Origin: Oscillospiraceae bacterium
Lineage (GTDB): Bacteria; Bacillota; Clostridia; Oscillospirales; Acutalibacteraceae
Reading direction: 5' to 3'
DNA length: 64,000 nt
Assembly (NCBI GenBank): GCA_015066045.1
Contig: SVPD01000002.1
Span: 9,063 to 73,062, forward strand
Shown here: positions 1 to 8,283 of the stretch, one piece after another
Layout of the letters: every line of letters begins with the position of its first letter
How positions within the stretch are numbered: position 1 is the stretch's first letter
Made by a program: the position numbers and the translations under genes
The notes under the pieces: model-generated
What the model was told of the DNA's origin: nothing
The model's input: the letters and a program-made list of their open reading frames with translations, nothing else
The model's database searches: none

Positions 1-1
1 T

Positions 2-1057
2 CTGCGTGAGGACAGGCCCGAATATTGGGAGGAAACCTGCACCTGCTTTAAGGAAATCTATGAGGAATCTATCATAGCCTCTTTAAACAGTAAAGACAGT
101 GATGAATACATTAAGCACACCGGAATTATGCACGCATACGCCTTTGCTCTGTTTAAAACAGGTAAAGCTTCCGAAGGTATGAGTGTGCTTCGTGAGTTTG
201 TAAAGCTTTCAGAAGAGAACAATGCGCACGGAGAAAGACCGGAGGTTATTCTGCTCTTTACGGAAACTGCTTTAGACGGAATGTGCCGTATGCTGAGCAT
301 TGATGAGTTTGAAGCGGCCGATTTATACATTGAAACAGCAGAAAGCTTTTTAAATGATATGTTCAGGTACTATGAAGCATACAAACAGGATGTTCTTAAC
401 AGTGTAAACGGTGCTTTAACGTTTATCTATGAAAAATTAGGGGATTACAGAAAAAATCAGTTATCGGTACCTTTGGAGTTTTACGATGCCTGCATAAGGC
501 TTTACCGTGCTATTCTGCCCATAACGGATAATAAGCTCGGAATAATTTCTATGTACACGGCCAAGGGTAACGACTGCTTCGATGTAAAGAAAAATTACGA
601 GGAGGCGGCAAATACCTATGAAGAGCTTCTGAGTGAGGCCTACGACAGCCGATGGCTCAGTGAAGAACAGAACGGCGAACAGAACCAAGATCTTACAGCC
701 AGACTCTGCGCAGCGTACACATCTCTGCTCGTTTCTCTGAACCGCATAGGGGATAAGGAAAGACTCAGTAGCTCTCTTGACAAGGCAATAAGCTATGTCA
801 GCTATTTCTCTGAGCAGCTTGAGGCCTTTAAGACGGACCCTGCGGCACTGATGCATAAAATCGCAATGCAGGTAGCGGTAGAGAATAAGTATATAGCTAT
901 GGCGCTTCTGTTTAATGCTCAGGCGTTTATGATTCCCGGAGAGCTCGAAAATGACCTTTCGGATAAATACGAAAACGAAAACAAAAACACCAAAATAGCT
1001 ATTATGTTAACCATAGCGAAGCTTTCTCAGAAGGACACGCCCGAGGAGAACGGATAA
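2..1057 (+). CDS. hypothetical helical-repeat (TPR-like) protein, 5' end outside window
   Basis: The frame of ORF 128..1057 stays open back to nt 2 (LREDRPEYWEE...), so the gene is cut by the window edge. No catalytic motif recognised. Confidence 0.55.
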   Translation: MREDRPEYWEETCTCFKEIYEESIIASLNSKDSDEYIKHTGIMHAYAFALFKTGKASEGMSVLREFVKLSEENNAHGERPEVILLFTETALDGMCRMLSIDEFEAADLYIETAESFLNDMFRYYEAYKQDVLNSVNGALTFIYEKLGDYRKNQLSVPLEFYDACIRLYRAILPITDNKLGIISMYTAKGNDCFDVKKNYEEAANTYEELLSEAYDSRWLSEEQNGEQNQDLTARLCAAYTSLLVSLNRIGDKERLSSSLDKAISYVSYFSEQLEAFKTDPAALMHKIAMQVAVENKYIAMALLFNAQAFMIPGELENDLSDKYENENKNTKIAIMLTIAKLSQKDTPEENG

Positions 1058-1063
1058 CGGTTA

Positions 1064-1092
1064 TTGCAAAGCATTGATATCTGTGCTATAAT
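1064..1092 (+). promoter_or_regulatory. sigma-A-like promoter of trxA
   Basis: TTGCAA, 17-nt spacer, TGcTATAAT (extended -10), about 40 nt upstream of the trxA start. Confidence 0.5.
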
Positions 1093-1129
1093 TACATAAA
1101 ATATAAAAAATATCACAGGAGGAATATCT

Positions 1130-1453
1130 ATGTCATATATCGAGCTTAATTCCGCAAACTTCGCCGAGGAGGTCACCAAGGAAACGGAAATGCCCGTTCT
1201 CGTGGATTTCTGGGCTCCCTGGTGTCAGCCTTGTCTGATGCTCGGTCCTACCGTAGAGGAGCTGGCCGATGAGCTGGACGGCGAGGTAAAGGTGTGCAAG
1301 CTTAACTGCGACGAGGAAAACGAGTATGCCGTAATGATGGGTATTATGTCCATTCCCTGTCTTGTGCTTTTCGCGGGCGGGCAGGAAAAGGAGCGACTCG
1401 TCGGTCTTCACACCAAAGAAGAGATTATCGACTTTATAAACGCAAACAAATAA
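1130..1453 (+). CDS. trxA: thioredoxin
   Basis: 107 aa. VDFWAPWCQPC active-site region and thioredoxin-fold length. GGAGG RBS upstream. Confidence 0.9.
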   Translation: MSYIELNSANFAEEVTKETEMPVLVDFWAPWCQPCLMLGPTVEELADELDGEVKVCKLNCDEENEYAVMMGIMSIPCLVLFAGGQEKERLVGLHTKEEIIDFINANK

Positions 1454-1454
1454 T

Positions 1455-1496
1455 AAAAGGGGATGTAAGAAACGCAGGTTTTTTACATCCCCTTTT
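1455..1496 (+). terminator. rho-independent terminator of trxA
   Basis: AAAAGGGGATGTAA / TTACATCCCCTTTT perfect stem followed by a T tail. Confidence 0.75.
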
Positions 1497-1506
1497 ATGT
1501 GTGGAA

Positions 1507-1538
1507 AGAAAAAAGGACTCTCTCTTTCGAGAAAGTCC
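1507..1538 (-). terminator. rho-independent terminator of rpmB
   Basis: GGACTCTCTC / GAGAAAGTCC stem (1 mismatch). The A-run on the plus strand gives a U-tail on the minus strand. Confidence 0.55.
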
Positions 1539-1560
1539 AAGGATTACCGATATACTAAAA

Positions 1561-1749
1561 TCAGATAGCGCGAGTAACCTTACCGGAACGTAAGCAGCGA
1601 GTGCAAGCGTAAACTCTTTTGGGTGAGCCGTTTACGATAGCCTTTACACGCTTAACGTTGGGTTTCCAAGTTCTGTTTGAACGTCTGTGTGAGTGGGAAA
1701 CTTTGATGCCGAAAGCGACATCTTTACCGCAATATTCGCATTTTGCCAT
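1561..1749 (-). CDS. rpmB: 50S ribosomal protein L28
   Basis: MAKCEYCGKDVAFGIKVSHSHRRSNRTWKPNVKRV is typical of L28. Start moved to the ATG at 1749, which has a GGAGGTG RBS; the track start at 1779 is too long. Confidence 0.92.
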   Translation of the reverse strand: MAKCEYCGKDVAFGIKVSHSHRRSNRTWKPNVKRVKAIVNGSPKRVYACTRCLRSGKVTRAI

Positions 1750-1889
1750 GTACCGCACCTCCTTAAAATAATTAAACATACATAAGCAGAAGATATAATA
1801 GCAGAAAAGAAACGAAAATGCAAGTGTTTTTTGAAAATATTTTAATTTATTTTTTGACAGTTAATTTTTAATCTATTTTGAAAAAACTG

Positions 1890-1918
1890 TTGATTTTTCA
1901 TTTTAAATAATGTATAAT
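1890..1918 (+). promoter_or_regulatory. sigma-A-like promoter of recA
   Basis: TTGATT, 17-nt spacer, TATAAT. Confidence 0.55.
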
Positions 1919-1926
1919 AACGCTAT

Positions 1927-1940
1927 CGAACATTTGTACG
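1927..1940. promoter_or_regulatory. LexA operator (Cheo/SOS box) candidate
   Basis: CGAACATTTGTACG matches the Firmicutes consensus CGAAC-N4-GTTCG with one mismatch. It lies just downstream of the recA -10. Confidence 0.6.
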
Positions 1941-1957
1941 ACACGGAGGATAAAATT

Positions 1958-3070
1958 ATGGCAGATAAAAACAGTGCATTGAACGCCGCTCTGGCGCAGA
2001 TAGAAAAGCAGTACGGTAAGGGTGCCGTTATGAGACTCGGCCAGACCACGGAAATGAATGTGGAGGCTATCTCCACCGGCTCTCTCGGTCTTGACCTTGC
2101 CACAGGCATCGGCGGACTTCCGAAGGGCAGAATAGTGGAAATCTACGGTCCCGAATCCTCGGGTAAGACCACTCTCGCCTTACACTGCATAGCCGAAGCA
2201 CAGAAGGCAGGCGGTGAGGCCGCTTTTATCGATGCAGAGCATGCTCTCGATCCCGTTTATGCCAAAGGCCTCGGTGTCGATGTGGACTCTCTTCTCGTTT
2301 CTCAGCCCGATAACGGTGAGGATGCTCTTTCCATCACGGAGGCACTCGCACGCTCGGGTGCGCTGGACGTTATCGTAGTGGACTCGGTAGCCGCACTCGT
2401 TCCCAGAGCGGAAATCGAGGGCGAAATGGGAGACAGTCATGTGGGACTTCACGCCCGTCTTATGTCTCAGGCTCTGAGAAAAATCACCAGCGTAGTCGCC
2501 AAATCAAACACTCTCGTTATCTTTATAAACCAGCTCCGTGAAAAGGTCGGTGTGGTTTACGGTAATCCCGAGGTTACCACAGGCGGCCGTGCGCTTAAGT
2601 TCTATTCCTCTGTACGTATAGATGTAAGAAAGACCGAGCAGATAAAAGCTCCCGGTAATGAGTTTATCGGTGCCAGAACCCGTGCCAAGGTAGTCAAAAA
2701 CAAGGTCGCTCCGCCCTTTAAGGAGGCCGAATTTGACATTATGTACGGTACAGGTATTTCGAAGGTCGGTGAAATCGTAGATTTAGGCGTTAAGTTTGAT
2801 GTTATTAAAAAAAGCGGCGCATGGTTCTCCTACGGTGAAACCCGTCTCGGTCAGGGCAGAGATAATGTAAAGCTTCTGCTTCAGAAGGAAAAGGCACTCT
2901 GCCTCGAAATCGAAAATAAAATCTGCGACTGTGTAAAGAAGCTCAAGGAAGAAAAGTCAGGTGTCAGAAAGGAAGACAAAGAGCCTGAAATTTTCGTGCC
3001 CACACCCGTAAAAAGAAGTCCGTCGAGCGTCAGAGCGAGAATTGACATCGCAGTAGACGATGACGATTAA
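1958..3070 (+). CDS. recA: recombinase RecA
   Basis: [28 protein letters not shown], Walker [10 protein letters not shown]. Start set at the ATG at 1958, which has a GGAGG RBS. Confidence 0.97.
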   Translation: MADKNSALNAALAQIEKQYGKGAVMRLGQTTEMNVEAISTGSLGLDLATGIGGLPKGRIVEIYGPESSGKTTLALHCIAEAQKAGGEAAFIDAEHALDPVYAKGLGVDVDSLLVSQPDNGEDALSITEALARSGALDVIVVDSVAALVPRAEIEGEMGDSHVGLHARLMSQALRKITSVVAKSNTLVIFINQLREKVGVVYGNPEVTTGGRALKFYSSVRIDVRKTEQIKAPGNEFIGARTRAKVVKNKVAPPFKEAEFDIMYGTGISKVGEIVDLGVKFDVIKKSGAWFSYGETRLGQGRDNVKLLLQKEKALCLEIENKICDCVKKLKEEKSGVRKEDKEPEIFVPTPVKRSPSSVRARIDIAVDDDD

Positions 3071-3085
3071 TCCGTATTATATATA

Positions 3086-3715
3086 ATGAAACTGAATTTC
3101 AAAGAAGGTAAAGGCGATAAAATCCATGTTCTTGTTGACGGTGAATATTATTTCACCGTTGACAGGAATTATTTTGCCGTTATGGGGATTTATCAGGGTA
3201 AAGAGGTGGAAAAGGATGAGCTGGCGCTGCTCGGTGAGCAGGCCGAAAGGCGCAGAGCATATAACTGTGCCGTGGGCTATCTTTCCCGCCGTGACCATTC
3301 CTCTGCGGAGCTGCTCCTTAAGCTGCGGCAGAAGGGCTACAGGGAAAGTGCGGAATATGCCGTGGAAAAGCTGAGAAATGAAGGCTACGTGGATGATGAA
3401 CGCTTTGCCCGTATGTATGTCAGAGAGCTTATAAACGTAAAAAAATACGGCAGAAAGCGTGTCGTGCAGGAGCTTTACCGAAAGGGCGTGGACAGGGAGG
3501 TTATCTCTCTTGTCCTTGAGGAGACTCATTTCGATGAGAGTGACCTGTGTGCTCTCATAAGCAGGAAGTATCTCCGCTATCTCTCTGATGAAAAGGGAAT
3601 AAAGAAAACCGTGGCTGCACTGATGAGAATGGGCTATAGCTTCAGCGAGATTAAGTCTGCTCTCGGCAGGATAGCTGAGGATGAAGAATATAATTTTGAG
3701 GTGTCAGATGAATAA
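3086..3715 (+). CDS. recX: recombination regulator RecX
   Basis: Immediately downstream of recA. YLSRRDHSSAELLLKLRQKGY is RecX repeat-like. Confidence 0.85.
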   Translation: MKLNFKEGKGDKIHVLVDGEYYFTVDRNYFAVMGIYQGKEVEKDELALLGEQAERRRAYNCAVGYLSRRDHSSAELLLKLRQKGYRESAEYAVEKLRNEGYVDDERFARMYVRELINVKKYGRKRVVQELYRKGVDREVISLVLEETHFDESDLCALISRKYLRYLSDEKGIKKTVAALMRMGYSFSEIKSALGRIAEDEEYNFEVSDE

Positions 3716-5033
3716 AATAGGAATGATTTCTTTAGGTTGTCCGAAAAATCAGGTCGATGCTGAAATGCTTCTCTCGACACTCTGTGACAGTGGCTTTCAG
3801 ATTGTGCCCGAGGCAGAGCAGGCCGATGTGGTTATTATCAATACCTGCGGCTTTATCGATGACGCTAAAAAAGAGGCGATAGACAGTATTTTATATGCCG
3901 CCGAGCTGAAAAACGACGGTATTATAAAGGGTATAGTGGTTACGGGCTGTCTTGCCGAAAGATACAAAGAGGAAGTAATGAACGAGATTCCCGAGGTGGA
4001 TGCCTGCATCGGTATCGGTGCCAACGGAAAAATAGCCGAGGTGTGCAGAGATGTCCTCAGAGGGGGCAAATGCGCCCTTTTTCCGTCCAAGTACGATTTA
4101 TCCCTTGACGGGGGAAGACTGCTTACCACACCCCCGCACTGGGCTTATCTGAAGATTGCAGAGGGCTGCTCGAACTGCTGCACCTACTGCGCCATTCCCT
4201 TCATCAGAGGTAAATTCAGAAGCCGTACTGCCGAAAGCATCATAGCCGAGGCCCGTGAGCTAGCCGAAGGAGGCGTAAAGGAGTTAATAGTCGTGGCGCA
4301 GGACACCACACGCTACGGTATCGACCTTTACGGTGAGTACAGGCTGCCCGCACTTCTGCGTGAAATTTGTAAAATCGACGGTATAGAGTGGATAAGGATA
4401 CTTTACTGCTATCCCGAATGTATGACCGATGAGCTTATCGACACGATAGCCGCTGAAAAGAAAATCTGTAGCTATATCGACCTTCCGCTGCAGCACGCTG
4501 ACGGTGAAATACTGAAAAGAATGAACCGCCGTGGCTCGGTAGAGGAGCTCACCGCACTCATAAAAAAGATAAGAGCCAAAATCCCTGATGTAGTTATCCG
4601 TACCACATTCATCACCGGTTTTCCCGGGGAAAGTGAGGAGCAGTTTGAGACTCTTGCCGAGTTTATAAAGGAAAATGAGTTTGACCGTCTCGGCTGCTTT
4701 GCCTATTCTCCCGAGGAGGGCACACCTGCGGCTAAAATGGAAAATCAGCTGGACGATGAGGTGAAAAATCACCGTGCCGAAATCATTATGCAGCAGCAGT
4801 ATGAGATTTTCTCACGTAAGCAGAATGCCCGTGTAGGCACGGAAATGACCGTTATGGTGGACGGCTTCGACGACGAAAATCTGCTTTATATGGGCAGAAC
4901 CTATATGGATTCGCCTGAAATCGACACCAATGTTATAATTTCCACCGAGCAGGAGCTTTATCAGGGGCAGCTCATCAGAGCGAAAATTATCGCCGTGGAT
5001 GACTGCGATCTGGTCGCAGAGAAAATTGACTGA
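3708..5033 (+). CDS. rimO: ribosomal protein S12 methylthiotransferase RimO (MiaB family radical SAM)
   Basis: N-terminal MNKIGMISLGCPKNQVDAE, radical SAM CSNCCTYC, C-terminal TRAM-like region. Start at the ATG at 3708 with RBS GAGGTG. Confidence 0.88.
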   Translation: MNKIGMISLGCPKNQVDAEMLLSTLCDSGFQIVPEAEQADVVIINTCGFIDDAKKEAIDSILYAAELKNDGIIKGIVVTGCLAERYKEEVMNEIPEVDACIGIGANGKIAEVCRDVLRGGKCALFPSKYDLSLDGGRLLTTPPHWAYLKIAEGCSNCCTYCAIPFIRGKFRSRTAESIIAEARELAEGGVKELIVVAQDTTRYGIDLYGEYRLPALLREICKIDGIEWIRILYCYPECMTDELIDTIAAEKKICSYIDLPLQHADGEILKRMNRRGSVEELTALIKKIRAKIPDVVIRTTFITGFPGESEEQFETLAEFIKENEFDRLGCFAYSPEEGTPAAKMENQLDDEVKNHRAEIIMQQQYEIFSRKQNARVGTEMTVMVDGFDDENLLYMGRTYMDSPEIDTNVIISTEQELYQGQLIRAKIIAVDDCDLVAEKID

Positions 5034-5195
5034 GGTCTATTTTATTTTGTCAAAAGAAAGATCAAGGTCTGAAAAACGCGCAAAACCGGCATTTTTTAAA
5101 ATACCCCCATATGCACCCAAAACGGCCGTTTTTTGCGCACTTTACGCAAAAAACACCCTAAAAACGTGAAAATAAAAATTAAATTTTCAAAGCTA

Positions 5196-5224
5196 TTGAC
5201 AAGTGAATTTTTTCGTTCTAAACT
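5196..5224 (+). promoter_or_regulatory. candidate promoter upstream of the DUF6291-like ORF
   Basis: TTGACA, 17-nt spacer, TAAACT (weak -10). Confidence 0.35.
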
Positions 5225-5232
5225 TAATATAT

Positions 5233-5288
5233 AGACAGTATTTTTCTGCAGATAAGCTGCAGTCTGTACTGTCTTTATTCTCTTTTTT
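5233..5288 (+). terminator. terminator-like compound hairpin (late rimO terminator or leader attenuator)
   Basis: Outer stem GACAGTA/TACTGTC, inner stem CTGCAG-ATAAG-CTGCAG, then TTTATTCTCTTTTTT. Confidence 0.5.
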
Positions 5289-5322
5289 CGGGGAGAAAAT
5301 CATTAAAAAGGAAGGATAAAAT

Positions 5323-5601
5323 ATGAAGCACGCTATGCTTGTTCACCACGATTTTGAGCGTATGTTTGACAGACTTTCCGACGAGGAATGCGGAAAGCTG
5401 CTAAAGGCAGTTTTAAAATACGATATCCGCAGGGAGGAGACCGTTTTCGAGGACCGTGCGCTGATGCTCTGCTATGACCGCATAATAGACTGTCTGGACA
5501 GAAACAATGAAAAATACGAGGAAACCTGCCGTAAAAGGGTAGAGGCGGCGAAGAAAAGATGGGAGGACATAAGAGAGACCAAGGCAACCTATGCAAGCTG
5601 A
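5323..5601 (+). CDS. small DUF6291-like (phage replisome-organizer N-terminal-like) protein
   Basis: 92 aa, AAGGAAGG RBS. FERMFDRLSDEECGKLLKAVLKYD...DRNNEKYEETCRKR resembles the phage-associated DUF6291 pattern (recalled from memory, not searched). Confidence 0.55.
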   Translation: MKHAMLVHHDFERMFDRLSDEECGKLLKAVLKYDIRREETVFEDRALMLCYDRIIDCLDRNNEKYEETCRKRVEAAKKRWEDIRETKATYAS

Positions 5602-5628
5602 TGCAAATGCATTTTTTGCATCTTTTTC
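5600..5628 (+). terminator. rho-independent terminator
   Basis: GATGCAAA / TTTGCATC stem with a 7-nt loop, then TTTTT. Confidence 0.7.
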
Positions 5629-5690
5629 TACCAAATAAAAAGAATAATAAAAAAGAAAAAAATAATGATGTAAAAAAGGATGGTAAGGGA

Positions 5691-5743
5691 ACTTTTCCAC
5701 ATCCTTCATTTTGACTGAAATGTGGAAAACTATGTGGAAAACT
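5691..5743. repeat. 12-bp iteron-like repeats (one inverted, two tandem direct)
   Basis: ATGTGGAAAACT is exactly tandem at 5720-5731 and 5732-5743. An inverted copy ACTTTTCCACAT lies at 5691-5702 (11/12). Confidence 0.8.
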
Positions 5744-5803
5744 CTGCAGAAAGCCTGCAACCGAACACATTTTTTAACAGTCAGGTGTCTTTTAAAAATA
5801 AAG

Positions 5804-5832
5804 TTGACAAAACTGCCTTTACTGTGTATAAT
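5804..5832 (+). promoter_or_regulatory. sigma-A-like promoter of the cysE-cysS leader
   Basis: TTGACA, 17-nt spacer, TATAAT. Confidence 0.6.
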
Positions 5833-5862
5833 GTACTAAGTAAATATTCAAATGCGTTTAAA

Positions 5863-6099
5863 GGGAGAAGTAATCACATCCCCTTCATCTCAGAGAGGAG
5901 CAGTAAGGTGAAAGTGCTCTGATGAAGAAGTGATGAAATGCACCCGTCAGCACCCGAGGGGAAGCCTTTCAGTATCCGAGGGCGTAGGTCGGCGTTAACG
6001 GCAGAGCTATTATAATGTAGCTTTGAGTGATAAGTCAGAGTGGAACCGCGTTTTTTACGCCTCTGTCCGAATTTTTTCGGTACAGAGGTTTATTTTTTT
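5863..6099 (+). promoter_or_regulatory. T-box riboswitch leader, Cys specifier (UGC)
   Basis: Stem I has an AGAGA bay and a GGUGAAA distal loop. The specifier loop GAAA-UGC-A lies at 5939-5941. T-box sequence AGAGTGGAACCGCG. Terminator CCTCTGTCCGA/TCGGTACAGAGG plus a U-run. Confidence 0.85.
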
Positions 6100-6117
6100 A
6101 TAAATAGGTGGTAGAAT

Positions 6118-6756
6118 ATGTTTGACAGATTAAAAGAAGACCTTCAGTGTGTCAAAGACCGCGATCCTGCGGCGAGAAGCAATATAGAAATAATGCTCCT
6201 TTATCCCGGCTATAAGGCCGTAAGAGCCTACAGGAGAGCCCATTGGTGCTATAAGCACAAGATGTATTTTTTAGCACGTGCTATTTCCCAGCACTGCGCT
6301 AAGCAGACAAACATCGAAATTCATCCCGGTGCGCAGATAGGCAAACGCTTTTTTATCGACCACGGAACGGGAGTGGTTATCGGTGAGACTGCAATCATCG
6401 GTGATGACTGTACCATTTATCAGGGTGTTACCCTCGGCGGTACAGGTAAGGACCACGGAAAAAGACATCCCACTTTAGGAAATAATGTTTTAGTCGGTGC
6501 GGGTGCCAAGGTGCTCGGTCCCTTCCGCATCGGTGATAACTCTAACGTAGCCGCAGGCTCGGTGGTGCTTTCGGAAATTCCCGATAACTGTACCGCAGTC
6601 GGCACACCGGCGAGAGTAGTCAGGAGAAACGGTAAAAGGGTTGACAGACTCGACCATATCCACACTCCCGATCCGCTCTCTCAGGAAATTTGTGTATTAA
6701 AAATGAAAATAGAAAAATTAGAAAAACAATTAAAGCAAATGGAGGAAAAACAATGA
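6118..6756 (+). CDS. cysE: serine O-acetyltransferase
   Basis: Hexapeptide-repeat acyltransferase, IEIHPGAQIGKRFFIDHGTGVVIGETAIIGDDCTIYQGVTLGG. Confidence 0.92.
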   Translation: MFDRLKEDLQCVKDRDPAARSNIEIMLLYPGYKAVRAYRRAHWCYKHKMYFLARAISQHCAKQTNIEIHPGAQIGKRFFIDHGTGVVIGETAIIGDDCTIYQGVTLGGTGKDHGKRHPTLGNNVLVGAGAKVLGPFRIGDNSNVAAGSVVLSEIPDNCTAVGTPARVVRRNGKRVDRLDHIHTPDPLSQEICVLKMKIEKLEKQLKQMEEKQ

Positions 6757-8156
6757 AAATTTTTAACACTCTCACCAGAGAAAAAGAGGAATTAATCCCC
6801 ATTACCGAGGGCGAGTATAAAATCTATGCCTGCGGACCTACGGTTTATAACTTCATTCACATCGGTAACGCCAGACCTCTCTGCGTTTTCGATGTAATGC
6901 GCCGCTATCTCGAATACAGAGGCAATAAGGTTAATTTCGTTCAGAACTTCACCGATATCGACGATAAAATCATCCGCCGTGCAAACGAAGAGTGTGTGAC
7001 CTTCAAGGATATTTCCGAAAAGTATATCGAGGAATTCTGGACCGATGCCAAGGGTATGAATGTACGTGAGGCTACCGTGCATCCTAAGGCTACGGAAAAC
7101 ATCGGTGAAATCATCGACATCGTTTCCACTCTTATCGAAAAGGGCTATGCCTATGAGGTAAACGGTGACGTATATTTCAGCACTAAGAAATTCGCTGAAT
7201 ACGGTAAGCTTTCCCACCAGCCTCTCGAGGATCTGGAGGCAGGCGCACGTATCAATGTGGGTGAGGTAAAGAGAGAGCCTATGGATTTCGCTCTATGGAA
7301 AAGCGCAAAGCCCGGTGAGCCCTACTGGGAGTCCCCTTGGGGACAGGGCAGGCCCGGCTGGCACATCGAGTGCTCAGCTATGGTAAGACGCTATCTCGGT
7401 GAAACCATCGACATCCACTGCGGCGGTCAGGATCTTGTGTTCCCGCACCACGAAAACGAAGTGGCACAGAGCGAATGCTGCAACGGTAAGCCCTTTGCCA
7501 GATACTGGATGCATAACGGCTTTATCACCGTAGACAAGGTTAAAATGTCAAAGTCTCTCGGTAATTTCTTTACTGTACGTGATGTGGCCGAGCAGTACGG
7601 CTATGAGCCCATCCGTTATCTGATGATTTCCTGTCAGTACAGAAGCCCCATCAACTATAGCTTCGACGCTATCGCACAGTGTAAGGCTTCTCTCGAAAGA
7701 CTTTATACCTGCCGTAATAATCTTGACTTCGCACTTAAAAACGCAGTCGAGGCAGCAGGGGAGAAGGATGCTGAAATCATCGCTCTTATCGACGGTAAAA
7801 AGGATAAGTTCATCGAGGCTATGGAGGATGACCTTAACACAGGTGAGGCTCTCGGTGCGGTCTTTGAGCTTGTCCGTGACATCAATACCAATGTTAACGA
7901 GGGTGTTCAGTCAAAGGCACTCGTAGAATATGCGGTAAAGATTTTCGATGAGCTTATGGAGGTTCTCGGCTTACTTTATAACCGTAATAAAGAGGATAAG
8001 AGCCTCGACGATGAAATCGAAGCACTTATCGCCGCCCGTAATGAGGCCAGAAAGAACAAAAACTGGGCTGAGGCTGACCGCATCAGAGATGAGCTGAAGG
8101 CACAGGGCATCGTTTTAGAGGATACACCCCAGGGTGTCAAGTGGCACAGAGCATAA
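6753..8156 (+). CDS. cysS: cysteine--tRNA ligase
   Basis: MKIFNTLTREKEELIP, HIGN and KMSKS motifs. The start at 6753 (GGAGG RBS) overlaps the cysE stop as ATGA. Confidence 0.97.
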   Translation: MKIFNTLTREKEELIPITEGEYKIYACGPTVYNFIHIGNARPLCVFDVMRRYLEYRGNKVNFVQNFTDIDDKIIRRANEECVTFKDISEKYIEEFWTDAKGMNVREATVHPKATENIGEIIDIVSTLIEKGYAYEVNGDVYFSTKKFAEYGKLSHQPLEDLEAGARINVGEVKREPMDFALWKSAKPGEPYWESPWGQGRPGWHIECSAMVRRYLGETIDIHCGGQDLVFPHHENEVAQSECCNGKPFARYWMHNGFITVDKVKMSKSLGNFFTVRDVAEQYGYEPIRYLMISCQYRSPINYSFDAIAQCKASLERLYTCRNNLDFALKNAVEAAGEKDAEIIALIDGKKDKFIEAMEDDLNTGEALGAVFELVRDINTNVNEGVQSKALVEYAVKIFDELMEVLGLLYNRNKEDKSLDDEIEALIAARNEARKNKNWAEADRIRDELKAQGIVLEDTPQGVKWHRA

Positions 8157-8160
8157 TATG

Positions 8161-8181
8161 AGGGGCTGGCATACAGCCCCT
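8161..8181 (+). terminator. hairpin after cysS (weak terminator, no clean U-run)
   Basis: AGGGGCTG-GCATA-CAGCCCCT. Confidence 0.4.
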
Positions 8182-8184
8182 TAA

Positions 8185-8233
8185 TGAATAATGAATATTG
8201 AATGATGAATAATGAATAATGAATAATGAATAA
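8185..8233. repeat. tandem heptamer array (TGAATAA)x7
   Basis: Seven contiguous 7-nt units; five are exact TGAATAA and two carry one substitution each (TGAATAT, TGAATGA). Confidence 0.9.
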
Positions 8234-8283
8234 TAATCGTGTAGTGGCGGTCATTGTTCGTGAAAATGCGAAGAGGTATCATT

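Noticed and set aside
5333-5770. Minus-strand ORFs of 145 aa and 115 aa opposite the DUF6291-like gene
   Set aside because: They are low-complexity Phe/Leu/Ser-rich translations of an A/T-rich tract and lie antisense to an ORF that has an RBS and its own terminator.
8185-8233. Possible CRISPR or minisatellite coding repeat
   Set aside because: The units are 7 nt with no spacers and no cas genes, and stops occur in every forward frame. I treat it as a simple tandem repeat rather than a CRISPR array or coding sequence.
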